From Candidatus Binatia bacterium (lineage in GTDB: Bacteria; Desulfobacterota; Binatia; Bin18), in the NCBI GenBank assembly GCA_963666315.2, contig CAXXHG010000036.1, forward strand, positions 1 through 64,000: 64,000 nt of DNA, in the 5' to 3' direction. Below the pieces are notes generated by a model, which saw nothing but the letters and a program-made list of their open reading frames with translations, had not been told where the DNA came from and ran no database searches. Made by a program: the position numbers and the translations under genes. Within the stretch, counting starts at the first letter, position 1. Each line of letters starts with the position of its first letter. Positions 50,553-59,748 of the stretch are shown here, one piece after another.

Positions 50553-51416
50553 TCAGCTCGCAGTCGGCCGGAGGTGTAGCGGATAGAATAAACGGTCGCC
50601 CTCCAGCATATAGTCCCGAATCCGTTTCTGGCCGCGCTCGGAAATCAGGAAATCCACAAAGGCGTTTGCACGGGTCACGTTGCCTGCGCTACTCGGCAGC
50701 CCTGTTTTGACCACAATAATACCGTAGGAATTGCGTAAGCCCTGGGACGATGTGACCATAGGCAGCAGCTCTGTTTTGGATTTGAAACGTAGATACGTCG
50801 CTTTGTCGGTCAGAATATAAGCCTGCATTTGGTCCGCCATAATCAAACTTGCACCCATGCCCTGGCCACTCTCCACATATTTCTCCCACACGGCCTTGCC
50901 GCCGCCAGCCTCCCACAGAGTGAGTTCGCGTTGATGCGTACCACTCTCGTCACCACGCGAGACAAAGGGTTGTCTGGCTATCATGATTTGCTGGAGTGCG
51001 GCCACGGCATCCATACCCCTCACCTTGGCAGGATCAGCCGACGGTCCGACAATGAGAAAAGTATTATACATCACGTCTTCACGCCGACTGCCAAAACCCG
51101 CCGCCATAAAAACGTCCTCTGCCATGCGTGCATGCACGAGCAGGGCGTCGACATCGCCGGCTTCACCGAGTTTGAGAGCCTTGCCCGTTCCAACCGCAAT
51201 GACATCGACCCGTACACCGTGGTCTTTTTCAAAGATCGGAACGAGTTGATCCAATAGTCCGGAATCGCGCGTGCTGGTTGTGACGGCCAGACGAAGAACC
51301 GCGCTCTGCCGCGACTCCGCCCTCTCAGCACTCTCACACCCCAAGCAAAAGAGCACCACGAACAGGCTGACCAACAGGAAGTTTCGTATTGGCTCGGGCT
51401 TATCTTCACTCATCAT
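50553..51416 (-). CDS. tupA: Tungstate-binding protein
   Basis: TTSTRDSGLL, VGTGKAL, VMYN, FVSRGDESGTH and GQGMG. Confidence 0.93.
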   Translation of the reverse strand: MMSEDKPEPIRNFLLVSLFVVLFCLGCESAERAESRQSAVLRLAVTTSTRDSGLLDQLVPIFEKDHGVRVDVIAVGTGKALKLGEAGDVDALLVHARMAEDVFMAAGFGSRREDVMYNTFLIVGPSADPAKVRGMDAVAALQQIMIARQPFVSRGDESGTHQRELTLWEAGGGKAVWEKYVESGQGMGASLIMADQMQAYILTDKATYLRFKSKTELLPMVTSSQGLRNSYGIIVVKTGLPSSAGNVTRANAFVDFLISERGQKRIRDYMLEGDRLFYPLHLRPTAS

Positions 51417-51508
51417 CTGTTTGAAATACAGCGAGCTAGAGCCTCCGGATAGAGCCCAAGAAATTTCCTTCCTTTTTCAACTACGATAGTCTTAGCCGAT
51501 TCTGATAT

Positions 51509-51535
51509 GTAGGGGCGAGGTCACCTCGCCCCTAC
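51509..51535. repeat. GTAG-type REP palindrome
   Basis: GTAGGGGCGAGG-TCA-CCTCGCCCCTAC. Confidence 0.75.
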
Positions 51536-51608
51536 ACCCGCTATTATCTCGGCCAAAACGTCTGGTTGTACGAATGGATTGCCTAAGAATAGCCTCAACA
51601 CGATGTGA

Positions 51609-52564
51609 TCAGAACACGCACTCGTCACTGCCCGAGTCGCTGAACGTCTGTCCGGCAATAGGCACGAACTCCCAGTCGTAACTGGTCTCATACAGTTTCA
51701 ACTTCAGGAGGCCGTGTGTAGCCTTCTCTCGGACTTCGCTGTTGGCTCGAATTTTTTTGAATTTGCTCAGCCCTTTGCCGCCTGTCCCAACCACAAACTC
51801 TCGGATGCCGGTAGCGGGGTCCGCCGCTCCATCCGGCGTCTGTGGGGCAAAGCGCTCATAGACGTGATCATGGCCGTTGACGACCGCATCTGCACCAAAT
51901 TCATACAAGACGCGCCACACTTCGCGCATATGGCCATCACTACCGTGTTTAGGAGTACGGTATCGAAGGGCTGCCCATTGAGGTTGACCCCAGTCAGCAT
52001 AATCTCGGTCGGGCTCATGGCATCGAACTGAGCACTCATCACGTTCAAAACGACCGAGCTAGGATTTTCCGTCCCAGGGGCATTGGATACTAGGAAGTCC
52101 ACGCTGATGGTTGCTGTTTCTCCGTTTGTGTTCGTGGCGACAACGTCTAAGGTATGCGGCCCATTGGTCAGCAGCCGGGTGTTGAGCGCGACGGCAAATC
52201 CAGACCGCTTGGCATCCAGCACATGCGGATAGGCCGTCGCTACATCTTCTCGATCACCACCGTATCCAATCGCAAGCCCCTTATTTCCGCCATCAATGAA
52301 GAACTGTACATCTCGTATCGAGTGCGTTTCTCCGACGGCCCAGCCAAAACACGAGACTATCCCCGATAGCACCTTCCCATGGCTAGGATTGTCAATAAAT
52401 ATGGCAGGAGGAGTAGCCCAGACAGGAAAAACAAAGGCAAGATTGAGGAACAAAAGACTGAGCAAACGTATATAGACTCTTGCGTACAATGACAGCGGGT
52501 CATAATTGTTAGCCACGTTCTCGTGCGTCGGATTCCCCATAACAGCCAGCTCCATTCTTCGCAA
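51609..52564 (-). pseudogene. Deletion-fused remnant: secreted Ig-like domain plus C-terminus of a calcineurin-like metallophosphoesterase
   Basis: Signal plus GWA...REDVATAYP...SGF...LTNGPHTLDVVATN, joined out of frame near 51950 to PKHGSDGHMREVW...NGHDHVYERFAPQ...FSDSGSDEC. Confidence 0.7.
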
Positions 52565-52672
52565 GATGTTCAGCCTGCCGTGTAGTCGTTTGCAGCGTCT
52601 ACGGATAAAAACTAACGGCCAGTGCTAGTGGTGGACCTAGCAACGTAGGGGCCAGCCCTCAGACCAGAGAAA

Positions 52673-53063
52673 TCACATGTCTTTGGGGTAGGACCTCGCA
52701 AAGAAAGAAGGAAGGCTGCAAAAAACGTCGACAATAATTGCAGCCGTAAGACCGAGAAGAAAAGGGGAAATGAGGTGGAGTGAGTACGGATCGTACGGCA
52801 GCTGCCCCTCAATTGGGACCAAGGCACGATACAAAGCGAAAGCCATACCGAGGCGTCCCTTCCCCAGCACCCCTCAGTCCCCCTCCGCACACCGCCGCTC
52901 CTCAGCGCATAAGCAAGACACGAGCGTGTCTATTCCGCCGGAATTCCTTGAGCTCGGCGCAGAATACAATCTCGAGGTTTTGGCAAGAGAAGTAGGCGGA
53001 AACCAAACACTCTCGTCGAGCTCCTTCGAGACGCAAGAGTATGCAGACTCGGCCGGCTTATGA
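52673..53063. pseudogene. Two back-to-back C-terminal gene fragments with no N-termini
   Basis: Minus strand ...LISPFLLGLTAAIIVDVF... (membrane-like). Plus strand ...DTSVSIPPEFLELGAEYNLEVLAREVGGNQTLSSSSFET (beta-sandwich-like). Confidence 0.4.
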
Positions 53064-53468
53064 CCACAGATACTCTCCCACAGCCTGTGCTCCTACAAAA
53101 AGAGCCAGAAATCCCGGCGGCCCCCCAATGGCAAAAAGGAGGACCACGGCAGGAAGGAGCAGGCAGGCCAGCGGAGCTGCAATTTTGACATGGACGTCTA
53201 CCTGGTAGGTTGTTGTGTCATAGCCGCCAGCCTGGGCGGCATAGATCATATCAAGCAGTTTTGCTACGCCGACTTCTTTCGTTTTCACAGCCGTGCGTGG
53301 GGCTTCCCCGAGTTGAATAAAACGATCTGCGGGCGCCGGGTGTATGCCGTCTTGAGTGATTTCGATCCGTACCGGATCAGCGAGTTCCCAGACCCCATTC
53401 CCGACATGGCGTGCAGCAAGTGCCTCCGCCCTGCTTACCGGCAGCCCGGAAGCACTAAGTTCATACAC
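53058..53468 (-). pseudogene. Internal fragment of an LptF/LptG-family permease
   Basis: VYEL...RAEALAARHVGNGVWEL...YQVDVHVKIAAPLACLLLPAVVLLFAI. Confidence 0.6.
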
Positions 53469-53476
53469 TGACAGGT

Positions 53477-53965
53477 TTAAAATGACCAGAATATTTTGAG
53501 GTCTTCCCGGGCCGGTCGAATCGGGAGGCGCATCAAGACATTTACTTCCCCGGCTTGCCCTGCCTGTCCATTCAGCATGCGGATATGCACATAGCCGATC
53601 GCCCCAGGGGTAGTGGCAACGAATTCGAGCACGGCGTCCTCAGACGCTAAGACATAGGGTGGCGACACGCCTTGAAAGTACTGGGCGTTCCAGTAATCCT
53701 GCATGTCTTCGGGCGGTTTATCAAAAACCTCGAGCGAAAACTGGGTACGCACCGGGTGATCGGCCGGGAGGTTGATCGGTACAATCCTTGCTCCATTATT
53801 CCAGAAACGCCGGCGCCGTTCATAAATGCTGCTCAGATCGGCACGACTCAGAGATTCTCCACCGTGCGCGCGAGAAACGATGACGGCAAGCTGTTCCGTT
53901 GCGCCCAACTGCGTCGGGTAGAAGGCTCCCAGCAGGAACAGGCAGAGGAGTATGACACGACGCAT
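53477..53965 (-). CDS. Small periplasmic PBP-like (phosphate-binding-like) protein
   Basis: Signal peptide MRRVILLCLFLL..., LAVIV, RRRFWNNG, YWNAQYFQGVSPP and VATTPGAIGYV. Confidence 0.75.
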   Translation of the reverse strand: MRRVILLCLFLLGAFYPTQLGATEQLAVIVSRAHGGESLSRADLSSIYERRRRFWNNGARIVPINLPADHPVRTQFSLEVFDKPPEDMQDYWNAQYFQGVSPPYVLASEDAVLEFVATTPGAIGYVHIRMLNGQAGQAGEVNVLMRLPIRPAREDLKIFWSF

Positions 53966-54029
53966 CCTAGAGAATCTCTCTGAACTGGCTAAAAAAAATT
54001 GCGATAGAGGCGCCAAAGCCCTCTGGGAC

Positions 54030-54576
54030 TTCGGCAAAAATGGAGTCAGCGTCCCGTGGATCATCCCGCCTGTCGTGTTCTCGGAAAACGGCTGGGAGGT
54101 GACACTCGGACGCGACGTGGTCCATACCAAGGGTGCCGCATGGATTTCGTTCCAACGACCAACGGGTGTCAAGAATTTCCCAACCCGTCCCACCAAGGCG
54201 TCAGAGGCAAACAGATCCAGATACAATCGCTCGACCTCAAGCGCATCTTCACGCGAACGCAACCGATGCCCTTCTTGAGCAATGAGAATGTCTTCGAGCT
54301 CTATTTCGGAAAAAAGCGAACCCGGCTCAGCAAATCCCACGAGATCTGACTGCTCAGGGTGTTGACCAAGAAACGGAATGCTTCGTCACGCATGTCCTCA
54401 TACTGCAGGTTGGCATACCCGCCGAGGGTCAGACCCGTATTCCCAATGCTCAAGCCACGACCCAGGGTGTAGTGCGTAGGCTGCAGCGGACCTGCAGCAC
54501 GGACAGCAGCGACCGGACCTACGTTCTGAATGACAACGGCAAAAAGACAGGACAAGAGGACGTGGCGGGCTCGCAT
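54030..54576 (-). pseudogene. Porin-like outer-membrane protein, frameshifted (~54310) and C-terminally deleted
   Basis: Signal peptide, LTLGGY, RFF/SEIELE, VERLYLD and GKFLTPVGRWNEIHAAPLVWTTSRP. Confidence 0.65.
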
Positions 54577-54650
54577 TGGATGCGTTCTTATACCCACATT
54601 ACGGCGAAGCATGGAAGAACCATCTTGCAAGAGATATACTTAGAGTATCC

Positions 54651-54816
54651 ATGAGCATGCGGCGCATTCTTATTTTTCTTTTATCAGCATGAGCCTCATT
54701 CCCGCCTTAGGACTAACCTTGCTCGCCTTTTCTCAGGCGCGACAGGCCTTATGCTCGGAAATCGCCCGGAACCTCGAAGCGCAATCAGTCTCGGTGATTG
54801 AACAGGTCGACCGCAT
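54651..54816 (+). pseudogene. N-terminal remnant of a membrane sensor histidine kinase
   Basis: [55 protein letters not shown] (TM1 plus start of a Cache-like helix), fused to the regulator fragment. Confidence 0.55.
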
Positions 54817-55514
54817 ACCAAGACCGAGCGGGGAAGTTTGAGCTGGCCAACGGTGGCACCATCTTTCTCGACGAGATTACTGAAATGCCGCTTGCGATGC
54901 AGGCCAAGCTTTTGCGCGTCTTGCAAGAACGAGAAATCGAGCGACTGGGCAGTAACCGGCGTGTCCCCGTAGACCTTCGTATCGTCGTGGCGACGAACCG
55001 GAACCCGCAGCAGGCCGTTCAAGACGGCCTGCTGCGCGAAAACCTCTTTTATCGCATCAATATTTTTACGCTAGAAATGCCCCCACTGCGTAAACGCTCA
55101 GATGACATCTCGATGCTTGTTACACATTTTCTTGAGCAACACGGCAGGAAGCTAGGCAAAGGCAACATGACTGTCACTGATCACGCTCTCACCTGTCTGC
55201 AACAGTATGCCTGGCCTGGGAATATCCGAGAATTGGAAAATGTTCTGGAAAGCGCGGTTGTTCTGTGCCGGGATGAGCAGATCGATACCGACCACTTACC
55301 GCGAGAAATACTCTCGCTCTCCGCTGTCGCGCTACCACATGTGACAGCCCAGGCAGCAACAGTCCCTACCTTACCTCATGCGGTTGAGGACCTTGAAAAA
55401 GAGCTGATCGCGCGGGCACTGTCTGAAACCAATGATAACAAATCCAAAGCCGCTCACTTGCTCAATATCAGCGAACGGTCCCTCTGGTATAAGGTGAAAA
55501 AATACAGTGTGTAA
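54813..55514 (+). pseudogene. C-terminal half of a sigma54-dependent (NtrC-family) activator
   Basis: Begins right after the expected GAFTG: [42 protein letters not shown] and a Fis HTH. No Walker A or receiver domain. Confidence 0.85.
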
Positions 55515-55543
55515 GAAAGTTTTCGCCGAGTACGCGCACTATC

Positions 55544-55578
55544 TGCACAAATTGTGCACCCTGCACAATTTGTCTGCA
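55544..55578. promoter_or_regulatory. Putative enhancer (UAS) palindromes
   Basis: TGCACAA-A-TTGTGCA and TGCACAATTTGTCTGCA, 70-105 bp upstream of the -24/-12 promoter. Confidence 0.6.
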
Positions 55579-55649
55579 AATATTAGACGACGGACCTCCC
55601 ATCATCTCGCTCCTCCCTCAAAAGCTCATACTTTTGCTTCTTGTGTAAA

Positions 55650-55665
55650 TGGCACGGGAAGTGCT
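55650..55665 (+). promoter_or_regulatory. sigma54 (-24/-12) promoter
   Basis: TGGCAC-GGGAA-GTGCT, with exactly 10 bp between GG and GC. Confidence 0.7.
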
Positions 55666-55725
55666 CTCCCCCAGATAGCACAGCCACACGGGCTGAATTT
55701 CGGAGGATGGAGGAGGAATATTCCT

Positions 55726-56718
55726 ATGACCACACCACGCATACTCTCAGGGGGGGAGCCTAGAACGCTTCGACTGAAAATTCGATTCGGGCTACTGGGA
55801 CTCGGACTCTTTTTTTTGGCAGCCACACCGGCATTCGCCGGCCATTGCAATTCACAAGCCATCTCGAAACGCCACTCCTGTATTTTCGAGATACATGAAG
55901 AATATTGGGATGCACGGGGGAATTGTTTCGATTTGTTCACAAGTGCTGAGCGCATTCCGTGTGTAAAGACCGCAGTTGAAGAAAGGGAGGAGGCCCGCAG
56001 TGAGTGCGAGGACCAGCTTATGGCGCGCAAAGAGGTATGTGACCTTGTCGGCCCTGGTCCGTATATCCCAGACTTCGCCCCCGCCAACTTCATCGATCCC
56101 AACGATATAGGCGGTTCTGTCACACCCAATCCATATTTCTCCCTCGTCGTGGGGAATACCTGGGAGTATGCTGGCGACGATGAGACCGTGACCGTGACCG
56201 ACAAGACTAAGCTCATTGCTGGCGTGACCTGTCGCGTTGTCAACGATGTCGTTCGCGAAGACGGCCAAGTGATCGAAGACACCAATGATTGGTATGCCCA
56301 ACACCTGAATGGTGACGTCTGGTATTGTGGTGAGCTGGCGCGAGACTTTGAGACCTTCGAAGGAGATGAGCCCCAAGAGCCGGAGTTAGTGGAGATCGAT
56401 GGCTCATTCAAGGCGGGCCGGGACAATGCTCGGCCGGGGATTCTTGTATTGGCCGACCCGCAGGTCGGGGATGCCTACCGGCAAGAGATGTCGCTGGGAG
56501 AGGCTGAAGATTTCGCGCAGGTCATCGGGATTACCGGTACGGAGTCGGTACCCGGCGCCGCGTGCTCCGGCAGCTGCCTCGTGACCCGTGACTTCACGGC
56601 GCTCGAGCCTGGCCATGAGGAGAACAAATACTATGTACCTGGCGTAGGTCCCATCCTCGAAGTCAATCTGGAAGAAGGGGACCGACTCGAACTCCAATTG
56701 TTCACCCCTGGGCCGTAA
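55726..56718 (+). CDS. Secreted hypothetical protein with Cys-rich helical N-domain and acidic beta-rich C-domain
   Basis: GGAGG RBS, signal peptide ending AFA, NPYFSL, EDTNDWYAQ...GDVWYCGE, YRQE and KYYVPGVG. Confidence 0.85.
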   Translation: MTTPRILSGGEPRTLRLKIRFGLLGLGLFFLAATPAFAGHCNSQAISKRHSCIFEIHEEYWDARGNCFDLFTSAERIPCVKTAVEEREEARSECEDQLMARKEVCDLVGPGPYIPDFAPANFIDPNDIGGSVTPNPYFSLVVGNTWEYAGDDETVTVTDKTKLIAGVTCRVVNDVVREDGQVIEDTNDWYAQHLNGDVWYCGELARDFETFEGDEPQEPELVEIDGSFKAGRDNARPGILVLADPQVGDAYRQEMSLGEAEDFAQVIGITGTESVPGAACSGSCLVTRDFTALEPGHEENKYYVPGVGPILEVNLEEGDRLELQLFTPGP

Positions 56719-57056
56719 CACCAGGCTCGCTCGTTCGCCGTGGGTCCGCAGTCATGCCGGCCCACGGCTGTCTCACTGCTATCGAGTGACCACCCCTCCG
56801 GTTGGCACCCACAACCTTGCCCTTATAAGCACCGTATTCCAATTATGGCACACCCGATGGCCTGGTCCATTCGAGCTGTCCGCAATCACACCAGAGCGTT
56901 TCCTGCGATTGATTCATATTGAGGGGATAGCGCCGTATCAGGAGAGTTGGTAGGCTACCCCGCTTCGCGTGACCCCGAATAGGTCGAGGCCACAATACAC
57001 ACCACACCGGGTATTCGGCGGCATCTTACGACGGGATATTGCGACGGCATATTGTC

Positions 57057-57797
57057 ATGACAGCAGTTTGGATCACTAGTGCAACTTTTGTCCTGACCCT
57101 CGCGGGAGGACTGCTTACTCTCCGTCTTCAAGCCTATCAGGGCATCGTCTTTGCCTTCTGTGCTGGAGCATTGATTGCAAGTGCGCTGATGGAAGTGATT
57201 CCAGAATCGTTGGAATTGCTGGAGGTGACCGGCTCTTCTTTTCACCATCATCACCTGCTGCTTGCCTGCGTCCTCGGCTTTCTGTGCTTCTACTTGGTCG
57301 AGCATGCAACCCACCAGCGAGAGACACCGGACGAACAAGCGTCTCACCATGCACACGCTCCGCATTCCGGCATCTGGGGGGCAACCGGCATTCTGGTGCA
57401 TAGTTTTTTTGACGGATTTGCCATTGGGAAAGGCTTTCACGCCGGGGAGCAGGTAGGCTGGGCTATCGCACTGGGGATTACCCTGCACAAAATTGCCGAC
57501 GGCGCGAGTGTTGCCGGGGTTATGCTCGGGACAAAACAGACCGTTCGCGCAACGATGATTATGCTCGTGCTCACTGCTCTTGCCCCGATTGCCGGCGTCT
57601 TTGCCCAGGACTTGGTCGTTTTTCAGACAGCAATTCTTGCTCTGCTGCTCGGCTGGTTTGGTGGAGTCCTTTTGTATCTTGGTGCGGGCAGTCTGTTGCC
57701 TGCGGCGCACGATGCAAGTCATTCGCGTCAGCTTCCACTTGCAACCCTTGCCGGCGTGCTCTTTGTCTACGCTGCACAGCTTTTGGTGCAGCATTAG
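57057..57797 (+). CDS. ZIP family metal transporter
   Basis: AGAL...EVIPES, His-rich loops, HSFFDGFAIG and HKIADG. Confidence 0.9.
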   Translation: MTAVWITSATFVLTLAGGLLTLRLQAYQGIVFAFCAGALIASALMEVIPESLELLEVTGSSFHHHHLLLACVLGFLCFYLVEHATHQRETPDEQASHHAHAPHSGIWGATGILVHSFFDGFAIGKGFHAGEQVGWAIALGITLHKIADGASVAGVMLGTKQTVRATMIMLVLTALAPIAGVFAQDLVVFQTAILALLLGWFGGVLLYLGAGSLLPAAHDASHSRQLPLATLAGVLFVYAAQLLVQH

Positions 57798-58011
57798 CAG
57801 CATGAGACGGGCCGGCCAGTGCCGAGCACTCCGGCCTTTTCAAGCTCTCGACTCTGTATCTGCGTAACCGATTCCAGATAAGATCTCGACTGTATGCTCC
57901 CCATATAAATGGGGAACGCCGAGTGAGCCGGGCCGCGGTCGGTGACAGTTCCGCTGCCGGACCGACGGGAGATGCAGGCGCGTTATGTAGGCGCGTTGTT
58001 AATGATGCTTC

Positions 58012-58215
58012 TCAACGAGGTTCATCATGGCGGCGCTTTGACTCGCCGACGCGCAGACCAGACTGCAGGATTCCTTTGTCGATCCTGATAGTAAAACCAC
58101 ATTCTGGGTTCGTACATGCCCAAACCTTAAATTCGAGCGATGCGCCTTCTGGTCCGTAATCAGACAACGGAACGAGCACCCCAAGGGTGCATTTTTTGCA
58201 TTGGGGAAGGTCCAC
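58012..58215 (-). CDS. Small zinc-ribbon-like protein
   Basis: GAGGAGG RBS plus GTG; CKKC...LVPLSDYG...KVWACTNPECGFTIRIDKG. Confidence 0.7.
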   Translation of the reverse strand: MDLPQCKKCTLGVLVPLSDYGPEGASLEFKVWACTNPECGFTIRIDKGILQSGLRVGESKRRHDEPR

Positions 58216-58383
58216 GCCTGCCGCCTCCTCTCTCACTACAAGAGTTCTACCTCTCTTGTAGTATGCCAGGGAAAGGAGGTGAGATACAAGGGGAATTTTT
58301 CAAAGACCTCAGTTGCCATCCGTGTAGTGCAACTCCGTCCACTCAACAATACTTCCATCTTGTCGTGCACCACTAGTCCTCAT

Positions 58384-59748
58384 TTAGGGCATATGGGGAG
58401 AAGCACCCAAGCGTGCGAGTTGCAGCATACGCCACGTATCGTTCAGCATCTTGCGTGTCTGGACAATACGGCGTTGAACCTCAAGTTGATGGACCTGCTC
58501 GGTTAAGACTGTAATAAAGGGAAGTTGCATCTTATGATTCCATTCTTGGGCATAGTTGACGCTCGTGTCGGTTGAGGGAAGCAATCTATTTTCTAGTATC
58601 AGGAGTGCTGCATGCATACGGTCGAGTCCGCGATAATGCTCAACAACTTCTTTTGCCACCAGCCGCTGGAGTGCTTCTAGCCGCCGTATCGCTTGTCGCA
58701 GCTGATAGGAAGAAGCGGCAATCCAGGCCTGGTTCTGGTCGAATATCGGAAGCTCAATCGAGAGGGTGGGTCCAATTGAATTCTCTCCTCCTGCCACATC
58801 TTCAAAATCCCCCTCCCAGCGCGGCCCAAATAGGACGGTCTTCCAGATAAGGGCCCGCTCCAGCTCGTGTTGCTTCGCCCTTCGCTCAACCTCGGCGTGC
58901 GCGATGGCCAAGTCCAATCGATTATCCATTGCGTATTGAAGTGTTACTTGAAGAGATTGCTGCTCAAAATGGATAGTCTCTAGTGTGTGAGTCGAGATAA
59001 AATCGGCTGCATTCTCGAGTGCCAGCGTTTGCGCGAGTAGCGTTACGGCCTGTGTTACGGCCTGCTTTGCCTCGTGAACGGCTATCTCTTGTCCGGCCTG
59101 CATGGACACTGCTTCTTCCATTTCAGTCGTGTCAGCCAAACCATGGCCGTAACGAATCTGAAGCCGCTGGGCGGCCTTCCCGCGCACGACAAGAAGCTCT
59201 TGTTCAATATGGAGGAGCTGTCGCGTAGCGACAACAGCGTCCCAAGCATGCGCAGCCGTATAAGCCGTCAGCATGACATGCCAGACTGCGGTATATTCGG
59301 CTTGTCGGGCAGCAAGGGCGGCAACCCGCTTGCGTCGCGGCACTTGCCACAGGTCGGACAGCCAGCCTATCAGCCCTAGCCCACTACTACCCACAGAGAG
59401 AGGAAACGCCACAAAGGCCTCCAGAGTCGGATTTTGCAGTAGACCAGCTTGAGTCAATTCTGCAGCTGCCAGGCCAAGATTCTCAAGTTCTGCTTGCAGG
59501 CTGCGGTTGTTCAAAATGGCAATGTGGGCAGCCTCGTCACGAGTCAATCCGTCCTGCGCAAGTGTAGACGCACGCTGAAAATTCTCTTGAACTTGCTCTG
59601 CATCCTGCGACCAGACAATCTCCGTCTGCACGCGCTCCTGGCCTAAGGTCTGCACCGCCTCAAAATGCGATTCGGGTTGAACTGTGACACATCCGCCCAA
59701 GGACAAAACAAGGAGAATTTCGATGCCAAGGGAGATCTTTGCCCTCAT
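58384..59748 (-). CDS. TolC family outer-membrane lipoprotein
   Basis: Lipobox LGGC, AILNNRSLQA, QAGLLQNP and ELPIFDQNQ. Coupled to the upstream oxidase through a 1-nt overlap. Confidence 0.9.
   Translation of the reverse strand: MRAKISLGIEILLVLSLGGCVTVQPESHFEAVQTLGQERVQTEIVWSQDAEQVQENFQRASTLAQDGLTRDEAAHIAILNNRSLQAELENLGLAAAELTQAGLLQNPTLEAFVAFPLSVGSSGLGLIGWLSDLWQVPRRKRVAALAARQAEYTAVWHVMLTAYTAAHAWDAVVATRQLLHIEQELLVVRGKAAQRLQIRYGHGLADTTEMEEAVSMQAGQEIAVHEAKQAVTQAVTLLAQTLALENAADFISTHTLETIHFEQQSLQVTLQYAMDNRLDLAIAHAEVERRAKQHELERALIWKTVLFGPRWEGDFEDVAGGENSIGPTLSIELPIFDQNQAWIAASSYQLRQAIRRLEALQRLVAKEVVEHYRGLDRMHAALLILENRLLPSTDTSVNYAQEWNHKMQLPFITVLTEQVHQLEVQRRIVQTRKMLNDTWRMLQLARLGASPHMP

Noticed and set aside
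53477-54340. 287-aa ORF as a natural porin-PBP fusion
   Set aside because: It is an in-frame read-through from a truncated porin fragment into a separate gene that has its own ATG and signal peptide at 53965.
56719-57056. Metal riboswitch (yybP-ykoY or NiCo) or sigma54 promoters upstream of the ZIP gene
   Set aside because: Only fragmentary motif similarity. The two TGGCAC sites have 13-bp and 11-bp GG-GC spacing instead of 10. An Rfam scan would be needed.
55626-57803. Long antisense ORFs (55626-56426, 56955-57803; likewise 36795-37532 and 61244-61885)
   Set aside because: They shadow well-supported genes, on the opposite strand or in an overlapping frame, and have no recognisable motifs.
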